From Macrostomum lignano (lineage: Eukaryota), in the NCBI GenBank assembly GCA_002269645.1, contig NIVC01000475.1, forward strand, positions 62,001 through 126,000: 64,000 bases of DNA. Reading direction: 5' to 3'. This document shows positions 13,604 through 23,856 of the stretch, piece by piece. The notes beneath the pieces were generated by a model. It made no database searches. It was not told the DNA's origin and saw only the letters and a list, made by a program, of their open reading frames with translations. How positions within the stretch are numbered: the first letter of the stretch is position 1; every line of letters begins with the position of its first letter. The position numbers and the translations under genes were made by a program.

Positions 13604-16600
13604 TCAGCTTGGCCGCGCTCTCTTCACAGCAGTTCCGGAGTCTGCAACAATCCAAAGTTGTATTTGAAAATGTATTTAAAAACTCGCGAAGGGCGAAGCA
13701 AAACTTTGCCAACTTTAAATCTTTCTCAAATGCTAAAGAACCTACGTGGAATCATTCCGAGGTTCCACTTAGAGCTGTTAGATGGATCTCTTAGAACCAT
13801 AATGCTGAGCTGCTGACTCTTCCCTCCGTGGCTGTGAACAATAACCGAACATTTCTGCCGCTCACTGACAGTTGCATATCTCAAATCGGGAGTCCTCACC
13901 TGAAGTAGGTGCTGGAAGTCAAACGTGTCAAAAGCATTCCAACAGTTGGCTGTTTAGATATATTTAAATGCATGCGAGGGCATTTAAAATTATACGAATT
14001 TAGGATGGTGCGAACACTACATCTGTGACATTGTGGCGATATGCTAGTGTATTTTTATTATTGCAATATTATGCTTTGTGCATTCTTAGTTAGTTAGTAT
14101 TTGCGTGCGCGCTGATTGGCTAGTGTGTTTCAGTGCATGTGCACTGCGTCGGGTTGTTTGCGTTTTACGCGTGGCTAGCATGGTGGGGTCTGAGCAGTCA
14201 GGCTAACCACCCTCTTTAGTCCTAGGGTTGATGAATAAGAATAAACAAGTCATATAAGAGCCCAGTTGTGTGTACTGGCTCTCCACGTTCAACTTTCCTA
14301 CGCATTCACTACAAGCCTTTAGCTTCAATCTATTACAATGGCGACGAGCTCCGCGCTGGGTGGAATTCCAATACTAACTGCCAATACTAACATTGAGGTC
14401 TGGCTGGAACGGCTCGACCATTACTTTACCTGCAAGGAGGTAAAGGAAGAAGCTAAAGTGGCCACACTCGTCACTGCCATCGGTGAGGAGGCATATACCG
14501 TGTTGAGAAACCTGTGTCTACCTGCCAAGGTCTCCGACAAGTCTCTGGCCCAGTTGACCAAGATTCTGGAGGACCACTACGCTCCAAAGCCGTCCGAGTT
14601 GGCAGCCAGATTTCGGTTCCAAAGACGCCTGCAGCAGCCTGGCGAGAGCCTTGCCGAGTTTGTTGCCAGCCTGAAGGCCTTGTCAAGTCACTGCAATTTC
14701 AGTGCTTCCCCGTGTGAGCACTGTCACTTCGGCGGCACTCTAGATGAGCGACTGCGAGACCAGCTGGTTTTCGGCCTGCACAGCGATGCCTACCGAGCGA
14801 AGCTGCTGGAGGAGAAAAATCCCACCTTCAACTCGCTGCAGGAGAGAGTTCTATCCCTCGAGGCAGTGGAGCGGTCATCATCGGAGATGGCGCAGAAGTC
14901 AGCAGCACAAGTAGCCCAGCTGCGCGCTCACCAGCTGAATAAGCGCCAAGGACCCAAGCCAGCGCTCGAAGGTTCGCAGCAGCGCAAGGGCGGTGGCAAC
15001 AACAGCAGAAGCGGAGTCGGCAGCAGCGGCAACACCGGCAACACCGGCAGTGGCACCTGTGCAAGCTGCGGCGGTGCTCACAGTCGCCAGCAGTGTAAGC
15101 TGCGAGACGCTAAATGCCACGCGTGCGGAAAGACGGGCCATATTCGCAAGGTCTGTCGCTCAGCCAAGCTGCATTTTCTACAAGAAGTGACACCGACACC
15201 ACCACCGGAAGCCTCCGCGCAGCTGCCGATTTTTGCCGTGCAGCCGGCTGGTGGCAACGCGGGTCCGACGGTGCAGCTGCAAGTCAATGGCCAGCCATGC
15301 CGGTTCGTCATCGATACGGGCTCCGCCGTCACTCTGATGCCCGAGTTTCTGCAGCTCATGCTTCTACCGCGGCTCTCCATGTCACCGTCCGTTGCTGTCC
15401 TACGCACCTTCACCGACGAGCAGTTCCGCCCTCTCGGCCAAGCGTTGGTCTCCGTTCAGCAAGATGGTCAGCAGCTGCAGTTGCCCCTGCTGATCGTCAA
15501 GCACGGCGACACGGCCCTGCTCGGTCGCGACTGGCTGGCCAAGCTGCGGCTAGACTGGCCGAGCATCATGGCGCAGGTTCACGCCGTCCACGACTCCGAA
15601 GACATCGGCAGCATCGTCAAGGAGTTCGCACCAGTCTTCGAGGACGGCCTAGGCGAGTTCCGGCACGGCCAGGTGCGGCTTCAAGTCTCCGAGGACGCTC
15701 AGCCCAGGTTCTTCAAGGCGCGGCCGGTCCCCTACGCGCTGCGCGAGCGCGTCGACGCCGAACTGCAGCGCATGGAGTCCAGTGGCATCATAACCGCCGT
15801 GAAGCACAGCGACTGGGCTGCGCCGATCGTGCCGGTCGTCAAGAAGGACGGCAGCGTTCGGATTTGCGGAGACTACAAGCTGACATACAACGCGGCGAGC
15901 AAGCCGGAGCACTACCCGCTGCCCCGCATCGAGGACCTCTTCGCCAAGCTCGGCGGCGGCTGCAAGTGGACCAAGCTCGATCTGTCCAACGCCTTCTTGC
16001 AGCTTCCTCTGGCCGACGACAGCAAGGCGTTTCTCACTATCAACACGCCCAGAGGCCTCTTCCAGGTCAATCGCCTCCCATTCGGCATAACGAGCGCCAG
16101 CGCGATCTTTCAACGCACCCTGGACACCCTGCTGGGAGACCTGGATGCCGTCCAAGTCTTCGTCGACGACATTCTGGTCACCGGCAGCACCCTGCAACAG
16201 CACAAGAGGAACCTGGCGCTGGTCCTGCGGCGCTTGAAGGACGCCGGCCTGCGGCTCAACAAAGAGAAATGCAAATTCTTCGAAGACTCTGTTGAGTACC
16301 TCGGCCATCGGATCGACGCCAGCGGACTCAAGCCGCTGCCGGACCGGGTCGCCGCCGTCCAGGACGCGCCAGCACCCAAGGACGTCAGCCAGCTGCGCTC
16401 GTTTCTGGGCATGCTAGCGCAGTACTGCAAGTTCCTGCCCAACTTGTCTACCGTCCTGGCGCCGCTCCACCAGCTCTTGGCCAAGAACACCCGCTGGTCA
16501 TGGGGGCCACCGCAGCAACAGGCATTTGCAGAGGCCAAGCGGCTGCTGCTCGAGTCACCGGTTCTCGTGCACTACAATCCGAATCTGCCGCTGCGATTAG

Positions 16601-19600
16601 AGTGCGACGCCTCTCCCTACGGCCTGGGGGTCGTCTTGACGCACCGCATCGACGACAAGGACTGCGCGGTCGCCTTCGCTAGCCGCAGCCTAACAGCAGC
16701 GCAGCGCGGCTACTCCCAGCTGGACAAGGAGGCGCTGGCCATCATGTTTGGTCTGCACCGGTTTCACCAGTTCCTCTATGGCCGGCGGTTCACCATCGTC
16801 ACCGACCATCTGCCGCTGCTGGGTCTGCTGGGCGAGCGCAAGGGCATTCCGGCACACGCGGCCGCCCGGATGCAGCGCTGGGCCATTCGGCTGTCGAGCT
16901 ACGACTACACGCTGGAGTTCCGGCCGACCGAAAAGCATGCCAACTGCGACTCGCTCTCGCGGCTGCCGCTGCCGCACCTGTTCGAGGAGGAGCCGGCCGT
17001 CAACTCGCTGCTGCTCGACGAGGGCTCCGGATCGGCCATCACGGCGCTGGCGGTGGCGCGGCACACTAGGACAGACGTCTCACTCGGTCGGGTGCTTCGC
17101 TGCTTGCAGACCGGCGCGCCCATCGGCGACGACCTGAGCGACTTCGCCCGGCGGCAGTCGGAGCTGTCAGTCGACCAAGACTGTGTCCTGTGGGGCGCAA
17201 GGGTCGTTGTGCCTACAGCGCTGCGTCGACGCGTGATCCAAGAGCTACATCAGGCGCATCCCGGCATCAGCAGAATGCGCGCCCTGGCTCGCAGCTACGT
17301 GTGGTGGCCCGGCCTCGACGGCGATCTGGAAGCTGCGGCCAAGTCCTGCCGCACCTGTCAGCTCAACCAGCCCGACCCGCCCAAGGCGCCGGTGCAACCG
17401 TGGCCTCTGCCATCCGAACCGTGGGAGCGCCTGCACATCGACTTTGCCGGTCCGGTCGACGGTCATACGTACCTGGTGGTAGTCGATGCTCATAGCAAGT
17501 GGCCGGAGGTCCAGCGGATGCGCGGTACAACGTCGGCGGCCACCATCGCGGCTCTGCGGGAGATGTTCGCGCGCCAAGGCATTCCGCGCACCCTGGTGTC
17601 CGACAACGGGCCGCAGTTCGCCTCCGCCGAGTTCGCCGAGTTTACCCGGGCCAACGGCATTCGTCACGTGTTCTCGGCGCCGTTTCATCCCGCCACCAAC
17701 GGCCAGGCCGAGAGGTTTGTGCAAGTCCTGAAGCGACATCTGCTCAAGAGCGGCCACTCTGACGTCGAGCTTCAGCGACTGCTGCTCAGCTACCGCAACA
17801 CCCCACACAGCATCAGCGGCGCAGCCCCGAGTCAGCTGCTCATCGGCCGTCGGCTTCGCTGCCGTCTGGACCTCCTGGCACCGTCGCTGGCTGACGACGT
17901 CCAACGGCGGCAAGAGCGGCAGCTGCAGGGACGCAGACCAGCGCGCGAGTTTCAGCCGGGTGATCACGTCCTCCTCCGCGACTAAAGCGCCGGCGCGAAA
18001 GCAGGCGACACGCCACGCTGGGCTGAGGGTGTCGTCACGGGCGCCGGCAGCCGCAACTACACGGTTGACTCGGAGCGAGGCCAGCACTTCCGGCACGCTG
18101 ATCAGCTGGTGGCAGCCCGCGCTGACTCCGCCGACACCGTCCATCCGCCGCCTGCTACGGATGACGGCGCCGCCCTGAGTGACAGCGGCGTGCAAAGCGC
18201 TGACGCCGCAGCCGTCGCCGACACGGCCTGCGGGGCGTCATCCGGCACTGACGACGAGCATGCGAGCGGCGTGCGACACGAGCCGGGCACTACACGGCGG
18301 TACCCACTGAGGGTTCGAGGCCCACCTCAGAGACTTCAGCTGTGAAGGGGAGAACTGACTCAGGGGGGAAGTGTGACATTGTGGCGATATGCTAGTGTAT
18401 TTTTATTATTGCAATATTATGCTTTGTGCATTCTTAGTTAGTTAGTATTTGCGTGCGCGCTGATTGGCTAGTGTGTTTCAGTGCATGTGCACTGCGTCGG
18501 GTTGTTTGCGTTTTACGCGTGGCTAGCATGGTGGGGTCTGAGCAGTCAGGCTAACCACCCTCTTTAGTCCTAGGGTTGATGAATAAGAATAAACAAGTCA
18601 TATAAGAGCCCAGTTGTGTGTACTGGCTCTCCACGTTCAACTTTCCTACGCATTCACTACAAGCCTTTAGCTTCAATCTATTACAACATCCTCATATAAT
18701 AGTCAGGCGAAATTCTTCCTTCTGTACTGGAATATAAGCATATTACCTTTTTAACTTCTTTCACGTCGGCAACGAACTCAGTTCTCTTTCCCGTGACTTC
18801 ATTGAAGACTGTGAAATGTACCTTTATGTCACTCTTCTGAATGCCTGAAATTCAAATGAGCGCAGTGCTTCACAAGTTATATCTGTTTCCATAAATTCTT
18901 AATAGTTTTAAAACCGAGCGAACCTGTTGTAGGGGTGCTGGTGTGGATCGCCAGCATGCTGCCGCCCTCCTTTGGAACTTCCACAGGGTTCAGACAATCG
19001 ACCTGTATAGTCTTATTTTCCTCTGAAAATGGTGAAACACATTGACTAATGACCATTTTTGACTGAGAGTTCAGAACGAAACTGAGACACTCACTCTCAC
19101 TGACGATCGGGTCGCTGAACACAGTGCTCAGCTGCCATTCTCTACCGAAGACATCGCTGAATGAGAGCGAGAACGCCAGTCGAATGCGACCAAAGTTTTT
19201 GGTTGTGTATTGAGTTGATGGAGCTGTGAGACCTAAAATAGCGCCAAGTTCGTATGTAAGCCTTCTTAAATTGGACTCCAACAGCAAAAGCGAGGCTTCC
19301 ATTTTTTTCTGTTTATAAGGAAAGTAGCAGTTTTTGTAAAGGATCACGAAGAACAAAATGCTCACAATTTGGAAGCTGAGGAACATTTCTGCGTCTGGCT
19401 TCCATGCCGTTTTCGATGTCTTTCTTAGTCTTCCTGATGATACAGATGACAGCCAGTCGCTCAAAGCTGAAGAGTCAATCATGCAGTATCACTACTTTAA
19501 TTCGAGAATAAAACTCTCACTGTGCGATCAAATCTGACAATTAATAAATTAAATATTCTCGCCGAAAAATATTGAATTGACCTTTCATGTGTCAGCCATG

Positions 19601-20789
19601 AATGTTTACTCACGTGATCTCCCATTCACCACCAGAATCTCTCAATGAATCAACAGACTTATTCAGCTGGAAATATCCGTTGCTGCAGTGGTCTCCGTGC
19701 AGGTAGTACGGATGAGGAGCCTTCTCCTCGGCGCTCACGGTGCACACAGTCAGCTGTAGCTGCGAGTGCACATCTGGGTCGATGCCGCTGACGCGAACTC
19801 TCACGAAGCTCTTGTTGCCATCGGTGGAGCTCCTGCCGAGCAGCAGGCCGCCAACTCTGCCGCTGTCCTTCTCGATCTGCGACTCGTAGCGAAATCGGTA
19901 GAACCGAGCCGGCTGCTCCTCGATGGTCAGCGACGGCGGCTGCGGCTCTTTCAGGCTGAGGATCTGGGGCTCCTCTTGAAGCAGAAAGTCTCTGCCAAAG
20001 TATCTGGCTTCACTTGCTACGACTTCATTTAGAAACTAAAATCGCATTGGCAATTTCGGAAAGAGTTATTTCACAGAGCGAGAGGTGCAGATAAGATGAC
20101 TTGATCTAACTGGTGCCTTCTTCAAAAACTAATGACAAACAAAAATATCCAAAGGACAACTAAAGTAACATGGATATAGGACGCGACACTCACGTTTCCT
20201 GGTGAAAAAGTTTTGAAGGCCAATTTAGACAAATATTTTGCTGAATACTACCGCTTTGCAATTAGCATTTATTTATACTGTTTACAGATTATACACGGCT
20301 AATCGAATCCTTCGAAGAGTTAGAAATGGAGTTTAAGGCATGTAACTAATTTTAGATAGTAAGGCATACCTTGTTGAAAAATGGGTTGCCTAAAGACGCG
20401 AATGCTATTTTATCTTAAAGGGAAATAAAGTTCCAAGGTCCCAGGAAAAAAAGACATTTCCACGTGTATTCATTCAAAAGTGACATTGTTGGGAAAGGTG
20501 GCCTTTAAAACATTTTTTATAGATTTCGAGTGTTGCGTCCTTCTACTTTAGTAGTCCTTGAAATATCCTGGAGTAATGTCACAAAATACGAATGCACTGA
20601 AAGTCGCTTCTAGATATTATATCTTTTTATAGCTAAAAACTGGGTTTAGAGTCGTGTGCTCACCGCTTGCGTGCTTGTAGCCGCAATTATTGGGTTCTGG
20701 TCAGGCTCATAAGACAACAGATGCTTAGCGTAGCCCCCTGCCAGCTGTTGCTGCCCCAGAGCTGGCGAATGAATCTGCAGCTGCTGCAT
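13604..20789 (-). CDS. Rel/NF-kB-like gene copy 3 (Gypsy element in intron 6)
   Basis: Exons read open, from MQQLQIHSPALGQ through RFRYESE to DSGTAVKRARPS*. Transposon insertions fall in introns. Confidence 0.8.
14024..18685 (+). mobile_element. Full-length Ty3/Gypsy LTR retrotransposon, Mag-like
   Basis: 314-bp LTRs (14024-14337, 18372-18685; TG...CA) that look identical by eye, 5-bp TSD ACATC, PBS TGGCGACGAG at 14339, PPT AGGGGGGAAG before the 3' LTR. Confidence 0.97.
14338..17985 (+). CDS. Gag-Pol polyprotein (2 CCHC knuckles, protease, RT, RNase H, integrase)
   Basis: CASCGGAHSRQQC and CHACGKTGHIRKVC, DTGS, FVDD, CDAS/TDH, HHCC zinc finger, IDFAGP/SDNGPQF/NGQAER. The same frame continues past the TAA to 18345. 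Confidence 0.95.
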   Translation: MATSSALGGIPILTANTNIEVWLERLDHYFTCKEVKEEAKVATLVTAIGEEAYTVLRNLCLPAKVSDKSLAQLTKILEDHYAPKPSELAARFRFQRRLQQPGESLAEFVASLKALSSHCNFSASPCEHCHFGGTLDERLRDQLVFGLHSDAYRAKLLEEKNPTFNSLQERVLSLEAVERSSSEMAQKSAAQVAQLRAHQLNKRQGPKPALEGSQQRKGGGNNSRSGVGSSGNTGNTGSGTCASCGGAHSRQQCKLRDAKCHACGKTGHIRKVCRSAKLHFLQEVTPTPPPEASAQLPIFAVQPAGGNAGPTVQLQVNGQPCRFVIDTGSAVTLMPEFLQLMLLPRLSMSPSVAVLRTFTDEQFRPLGQALVSVQQDGQQLQLPLLIVKHGDTALLGRDWLAKLRLDWPSIMAQVHAVHDSEDIGSIVKEFAPVFEDGLGEFRHGQVRLQVSEDAQPRFFKARPVPYALRERVDAELQRMESSGIITAVKHSDWAAPIVPVVKKDGSVRICGDYKLTYNAASKPEHYPLPRIEDLFAKLGGGCKWTKLDLSNAFLQLPLADDSKAFLTINTPRGLFQVNRLPFGITSASAIFQRTLDTLLGDLDAVQVFVDDILVTGSTLQQHKRNLALVLRRLKDAGLRLNKEKCKFFEDSVEYLGHRIDASGLKPLPDRVAAVQDAPAPKDVSQLRSFLGMLAQYCKFLPNLSTVLAPLHQLLAKNTRWSWGPPQQQAFAEAKRLLLESPVLVHYNPNLPLRLECDASPYGLGVVLTHRIDDKDCAVAFASRSLTAAQRGYSQLDKEALAIMFGLHRFHQFLYGRRFTIVTDHLPLLGLLGERKGIPAHAAARMQRWAIRLSSYDYTLEFRPTEKHANCDSLSRLPLPHLFEEEPAVNSLLLDEGSGSAITALAVARHTRTDVSLGRVLRCLQTGAPIGDDLSDFARRQSELSVDQDCVLWGARVVVPTALRRRVIQELHQAHPGISRMRALARSYVWWPGLDGDLEAAAKSCRTCQLNQPDPPKAPVQPWPLPSEPWERLHIDFAGPVDGHTYLVVVDAHSKWPEVQRMRGTTSAATIAALREMFARQGIPRTLVSDNGPQFASAEFAEFTRANGIRHVFSAPFHPATNGQAERFVQVLKRHLLKSGHSDVELQRLLLSYRNTPHSISGAAPSQLLIGRRLRCRLDLLAPSLADDVQRRQERQLQGRRPAREFQPGDHVLLRD
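20150..20560. mobile_element. 411-bp non-autonomous DNA transposon (MITE) in intron 1 of Rel copy 3
   Basis: TIRs CAAAGGACAACTAAAGTA / TACTTTAGTAGTCCTTG, 7-bp TSD AAATATC, absent in copies 1 and 2. Confidence 0.8.
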
Positions 20790-22172
20790 TGTGACCTGTA
20801 CATTTAGCCAGGTGGAATTTCAAACAAGTTACGGCTTGCTTGTTTTCTAGGTAGGCGAACTGCTGCCATGGATGAATTTCCGCCGCCTGTACGTCAGTGC
20901 ATTGGCACACAAAATGCGGTACGTGCAGTCTTTGAATCGCATATACTCATGAACACAACTGACAGCATAAATTCATATCTCAGCATGTATCAAAAAGCTC
21001 TTCATAATTCACTTTTACTTTTTACTTTTAATTTACTTTACTTTCACATAAAAACTTGTCTGCCTGAACTCTAGCGCTGTCCTGACCAGTTTATAAACAA
21101 GTGACTGGAATCTTTTTCAAGTATTGGTAACATCACATGAATTAGCTAGAAAAAAATGCGCACATAATATTGTAAATAGGTTAAACTTACCCACTTTGGA
21201 ATTCCAATGCAATCAAATATTTATTAATTGATAGACAGTTGCAAGTTGCAGACAGGTCGAATACAATATGCAGTGAGTTGGTATCCAAGCACTCTGCTGT
21301 ATTAATGCACTAAAATGATAGTACCTTGTAAAGGCTTTCTAAATTACACTCAATGTGTTGAACAGCTCAACCGAGTGCAGCTTTGCTATTGGCCAGCCAA
21401 GGGAAGAGAAGCTTGATTCATACAGACTTGGTCTCTCTCTTTGATGTCTGCTTACAGATTCAACAAGATTTTAGTTTTGATGCTTTCTTGTACTTTTTGA
21501 AGGGTGTAATTTTAGCATATAGAGTTTCATTCTACTCTGTAGGTTTACAGCTTCTGCACTGGTTAGTGTAAAGTTTCGTGACTGTATGTGTTTGTGACTG
21601 TACATGTTGAAATAATATCTGGCTTTGAGCTCCGGTGCAACACAAACTCGGTGGGCTCTTTTCTAGCGTCTTGTGTATGGTCTGCCTTTGTAGATGGCAA
21701 ACGCTTTGGTGCACATCGCCTTCTTGTTTGAACCATTTCTTGTCACCGCAGAGCTCGATCTGTCGTAGTCATGGCTCTTTCAGGTGACTCATTTAATTAA
21801 GGGGACCATGCAGGTGACTCGTTCAGGTGACTTATTTAGTTTAGGTGACCAGGTGACTTGAACGTTCAGAATATCAGGTGACTCGTTTAGGTAACACATC
21901 CCTGAATCATTCCTATGGCAGTCAGATAACTAAAAAAAATATTTTGAGGATTCTAAAGTCCAAACCCTATTTCATACGAGTACTTTGCAGATACTCATAA
22001 TTTGATTAAATAGGCTAAGGCTGATAAAGCACCTGATTTTATATTGTATAAGTATTATTTGGGGTCAAGTAATTAACAGTAGAGCTACCAAGAGGGGGGA
22101 ATTCCCCCCTCCCCTGACAATTTTTTCTGCGCCGTATTGAAGCAACGCTTGCACTGGAAATTTCAGAAAACG

Positions 22173-22810
22173 GGGTTTCATTTTTGTTGTGCACCTTCTC
22201 AAACAAGAATCAAGTCGCCAGCCCTCCGGATCGTCGAGATATTCGACGATTCTGCCAGAAGGTTGGATTTTTCCCATAAGCGCCAGTGTATTCAGTACAC
22301 CCTCCAATGCAGTCTTGCCAATCCCCCAAATTTCATCAGCACGTCGACCACATGTGTCTGCATCAGCTCTGACAATGAACAACCTGATGCTGATTTCTCG
22401 AGTTTCGCTGATCAAGCCTCGACAGTGGGCAAGCCTCAATTGCTGGACATTCTCGAGCACTCTCGAGCATTCCGTCATCACCCGGACGCCGTCGGCACCT
22501 TGAACAGATTACACCAGGCGACTGTGGACATGCAGTTGATGCAGTTTATGGACATGGAGCCACCTGCTGAAGGTCCAGAAGCTCTGTCTGGGTGAAGGCC
22601 AGTGATCAAGAAAGCCGGAGCTGATGCAAGCACATGTGGTCGACGTGCTGATGAAATTCGGAGGCTTGGCAAGGCTGCACTGAGGCGCTGCTGATTGGCA
22701 CACAGGGCTGAACTGAATACACTGACAGAATCGTCGAATACACCCACGGTCCGGAGGGCTGGCGACTTACATGTAATTCTTGTTTGAGAAGTTGCGCAAC
22801 AAAAATTTAG
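22173..22810. repeat. Diverged inverted duplication (~200-bp arms, ~250-bp spacer)
   Basis: Plus-strand ORF FCCAPSQTRIKSPALRIVEIFDDS is mirrored by minus-strand FCCATSQTRITCKSPALRTVGVFDDS. Confidence 0.8.
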
Positions 22811-22984
22811 CCCATGTTGCATTCCAGCTTGTGTCATGCCTTTGATGAAGTTTTCCTTTTGGTTGAACAGAACCATTGAAGCTGTAGTAAAATTGAACTG
22901 GCGTATGCTTGACTTGGCTTATTTTAGCTTGTATTGGTAAACTCTTATGACTTCATCTTTCCTCGTTAAGATTTTCCAAAGAAT

Positions 22985-23455
22985 CATCATTGGGATCTCT
23001 TCCGGGATCATCACTGAGATCTCCTAGAATCTTTATCGGGATCTCCCAGCATCACTAATGTGATCTCTTCCAGCATCATCATTGGGATCTCCCAGCATCA
23101 TCATTGGGATCTCCCAGCATAATCATTAGGATCTCCCAGCATCATTATTATGATCTCCAAGCATCATCATTATTATCTCCCAGCATCATCATTGGGATCC
23201 CCCAGCATCATTATTATGATCCCCCAGCATCTTCATTATGATCTCTCAGTGTTTTCAATGGGATCTCCCAGCATCATCAATGGGATCTCCCAGCATCATT
23301 ATCATGATCCCCCAGCATCATCATTTTGATCTCTCAGTGTTTTCAATGGGATCTCCCAGCATCATCATTATGATCTCCCAGCATCATCATTATGATCTCC
23401 CAGTGTCTTCAATGGGATCTCCAGGATCACTGATGGGGATCTTTCATCATCATCT
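22985..23455. repeat. Degenerate ~22-bp minisatellite GGGATCTCCCAGCATCATCATT
   Basis: Tandem units share the CAGCATCA/TTGGGAT core with the 6184 and 12197 arrays. Confidence 0.85.
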
Positions 23456-23856
23456 CAATTGAATTTCTGTAACCCCTTGTTGTCAAAGAAAAGAATCTTT
23501 GATTTAAAATTTTAACAACTCCATTTTTATATATTTGTGATATTAGACACGAAGAATTTCCGCACAGAATCTCAAGAAACACCCAGGGCTGCTAAGATAA
23601 AAGACCAAACTGGACTTAGACTGTGCAATGCTTTAACGATAAATAAGCATACCGAAAATTCTGGAGCATAACTGATCCGCAATTTTCCAGATTGTTTATA
23701 ATTAAAAACACGCATGTTATTAACCATGCAATTATACTGACTTCGAATAGCATGCCTGGATGAGTAGTCAGAGTAGAATTAATTAATATTCAGTCACAAC
23801 TAGAAATCTGCAGAGCAGTTGTTTCAAAATAAATTTATCAAAATTATTCCAGATTG

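Noticed and set aside
14471-18290. Long overlapping ORFs on both strands within the Gypsy element (e.g. 15114-16295, 17245-18195)
   Set aside because: Shadow frames of a GC-rich coding sequence; no independent motifs.
21060-21760. Cys-containing and KPDII-like fragments suggestive of a piggyBac transposase
   Set aside because: Too degenerate; no termini or catalytic motifs.
22250-22340. WGIGKTAL as a P-loop/NB-ARC motif
   Set aside because: Not conserved in the inverted copy, and lacks the full Walker A context.
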